The position numbers and the translations under genes are program-made. Source: Octopus vulgaris (lineage: Eukaryota). From it: DNA of 64,000 bases. Below are positions 60,901-64,000 of this stretch, one piece after another; positions within the stretch are counted from its first letter, which is position 1, and every line of letters starts with the position of its first letter. Below the pieces are notes generated by a model, which saw nothing but the letters and a program-made list of their open reading frames with translations, made no database searches and was not told the origin of the DNA. The DNA is taken from positions 19,034,001 to 19,098,000 of the forward strand of contig OX597822.1 in the NCBI GenBank assembly GCA_951406725.2. Direction: 5' to 3'.

Positions 60901-63266
60901 ACATACAAACACACACCACATACACACACAGACACACACACATACAGATATACAAACAAATACACAGATATGCACACACACACACAGACATACACATGCA
61001 TACACACACACATACACACAGAGAGACACACATTACATACACACACCGCATACACACACACAGACACTCACACATACACAGATATACACACACATACAAA
61101 CACACACATACACACACAGACACACAGATACACACACCACATACACACATACACACACACATACACACACACATACACACACACACACACACACAGATAC
61201 ACAGACATACAGATGCACACACACACACCACATACACAGACATACACACACACATGCACACGCATCACACATGCATGCACACACATACATAGACAAACAC
61301 ACACATACATAGACAAATACACACATACATGTACATACACCACACACACACACACACATGCACACACTCATACATAGACACACATGCATGCACACACACA
61401 CATACATACACATGCACACACACACAGACATGCACATATACACACTCCACATACACATATATACACACACGCACACAGACACACACACATGCACACACAT
61501 ACACGCACACATAGACAGACACACACACATACATATACACACACATACACACACCACATACGCACACACATTCACACACATACACACACATGCACAGACA
61601 TACACACATACACATACACACACTCATACACACATACATGCACACACACACATACATGCACACACACAGACATACACAAACACATAGACACATGCACACA
61701 CACATGAGCAGCACACACACACATACACAAACACACACACACATGCACAGACACATAGACACACACATGCACACACACACATATACACACACACATAGAC
61801 ACACACACACAAACATAGACATACACACATACACACACACACACATAGACATAGACATACACACATGCATGCACAAACACATACTCAAACACACATACTT
61901 ACACACACTCACACACATACACACACACACAGACATACTCATACATACACACACATATACACACACTCACATACACACAAATACATGCATACATACACAC
62001 AAACACATGCACACATACACACATACACAGACACACACACACAAACATAGACATACACACATACACACACAAACATAGACACATACACATACATGCACAA
62101 ACACACATATACATAGACAAACACATACACAAACACACACATGCATACATATACACACACACACACATGCACACAAACTCACATACACATACTCAAACAC
62201 ACATACTTACACATACACACATGCACACACACAGACATACACACACATATACACACACTCATATACACAAACACATGCATACATACACACAGACACATGC
62301 ACACATACACAGACACACACATGCACACACATACACACACACACAAACATAGACATACACGCACGCATACACAAACACACACATACATACATATACACAC
62401 ACACATAGACCCACTCACATACTCAAACACACATACTTACACACACTCACACACATACACACATGCACACACACAGACATACATACACATATACACACAC
62501 ACACTCACATACACACAAACACATAGACACATGCACACACACACAAACACACATACATACATATACACACACGCACATAGACCCACTCACATACTCACAT
62601 ACATACACACACATATACACACACTCACATACATACATATACACATACACACACACACACACACATACACATACACACACACATGCACAAACACATACGC
62701 ACACACATAGACATACACATGCACACAGACATAGACACACACATAGACATACACATGCACACAGACATAGACACACACAGACATACACACATATATAGAC
62801 AAACACACATACACAAACACACATACTCACATGCACACACATACATACACATACACACACACAGACACACACATACATAGACAAACACACATACTCAAAC
62901 ACACACATACATGCACACACATACACAAACACACATACATACACACACACACATGCAGACACATACACACACATACACACACACACACACAGACACACAC
63001 ACATACCCATAGACATACACACAGACATATACACATATACACACACAAAAAATAACAACATACACACATATGTGTTACTGTGTGTCTATGTGTATGTTTG
63101 TATGTGTATGTATGTGTCTATGTGTGTGTGTATGTGTGTATGTGCATGTGTGTGTCTATGTGTGTGTATATGCGTCTATATGTGTGTGTATATGCGTCTA
63201 TGTGTGTGTGTATGTGTGTGTCTGTGAGTGTGTGTATGTTTGTGTGTCTATGTGAATGTGTGTGTA

Positions 63267-63297
<31 letters not shown>

Positions 63298-63890
63298 ATT
63301 TATATGTGTGGGTATGTGTGTCTGTATCTGTGTGTGTGTCTGTTTGTCTATGTGTGTGTGTATGTATGTCTGTATCTGTGTGTGTATCTTTTTCATGTGT
63401 GTGTGTCTGTTTGTCTATGTGTGTGTGTCTATGTGTGTGTATGTGTGTGTGTCTATGTGTGTGTTTGTGTGTGTATGTGTGTCTATGTGTGTGTGTAAAA
63501 AAACTTATAACCTACCTTTATAAAATACACACAGACATACACACATACACATGCACACACATACATAGACACATACACATAGACACACATTTATACATAT
63601 ACAGACACATATATAGACACACGCCCATACACACACATGCACACACACACACATAGACACACACACATGCACACAGACACACATAGACACATACATACAC
63701 ACACATAACAGACTCATACATACACAGACACACACACATGCACACACGCATACACACACACATGTGCGTATGTGTGAGTGTGTGTGTGTGTTTCTGTGTA
63801 TGTATGTGTCTATGTGTATGTGTGTCTATGTGTGTCTTTGTTCATGTATGTGCACGCATGTGCCTATGTATGTGTGTATATGTGTGTATA
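60680..63890. repeat. Degenerate (CA)n/(TG)n field of about 3.2 kb with three strand switches
   Basis: CA-rich 60680-63068, TG-rich 63069-63496, CA-rich 63526-63762, TG-rich 63763-63890. Confidence 0.97.
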
Positions 63891-64000
63891 AAAACATTAT
63901 AAATTCATATTTAACAATCAATATTTATAAAGAGTACAATAATTTTTTTTAAATAAAAAAGTTTACTTATCTCTCCAAAAGGCTATTAACTGAAAAAATT

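Noticed and set aside
60393-63952. Dozens of overlapping ORFs of up to 233 aa
   Set aside because: Same microsatellite artefact; no protein motif.

Overview
Eukaryotic, AT-rich, extremely repeat-dense DNA. The SINE families and microsatellite load point to an octopus or other coleoid cephalopod genome; this is recognition from memory, not a database result. The only host coding sequence I can support is one 124-bp exon (38424-38547, +) of THUMPD3, a tRNA m2G6 methyltransferase, so most or all of the window is probably intronic. The rest is mobile DNA: a stack of R4/Dong-clade RLE retrotransposons in (TAA)n, a young CR1-group LINE sharing its 3' tail with a tRNA-SINE family, head-to-tail Tx1/L1-clade LINE ends, RTE fragments, RTE-tailed SINEs, a decayed Ty3/gypsy element, non-autonomous Helitron/Helentron-like elements, four Penelope-like (GIY-YIG) remnants, and kb-scale (CA)n/(TG)n fields. 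The most interesting signal is about eight minimal type-I hammerhead ribozyme motifs, most of them degenerate. They include a palindromic element joining a tRNA-Ile-like Pol III head to a hammerhead (22574-23050) and a hammerhead with an apparent compensatory U3:A8 core (31494-31532). Most ORFs in the supplied track are microsatellite artefacts. Coordinates of degenerate repeats are approximate.
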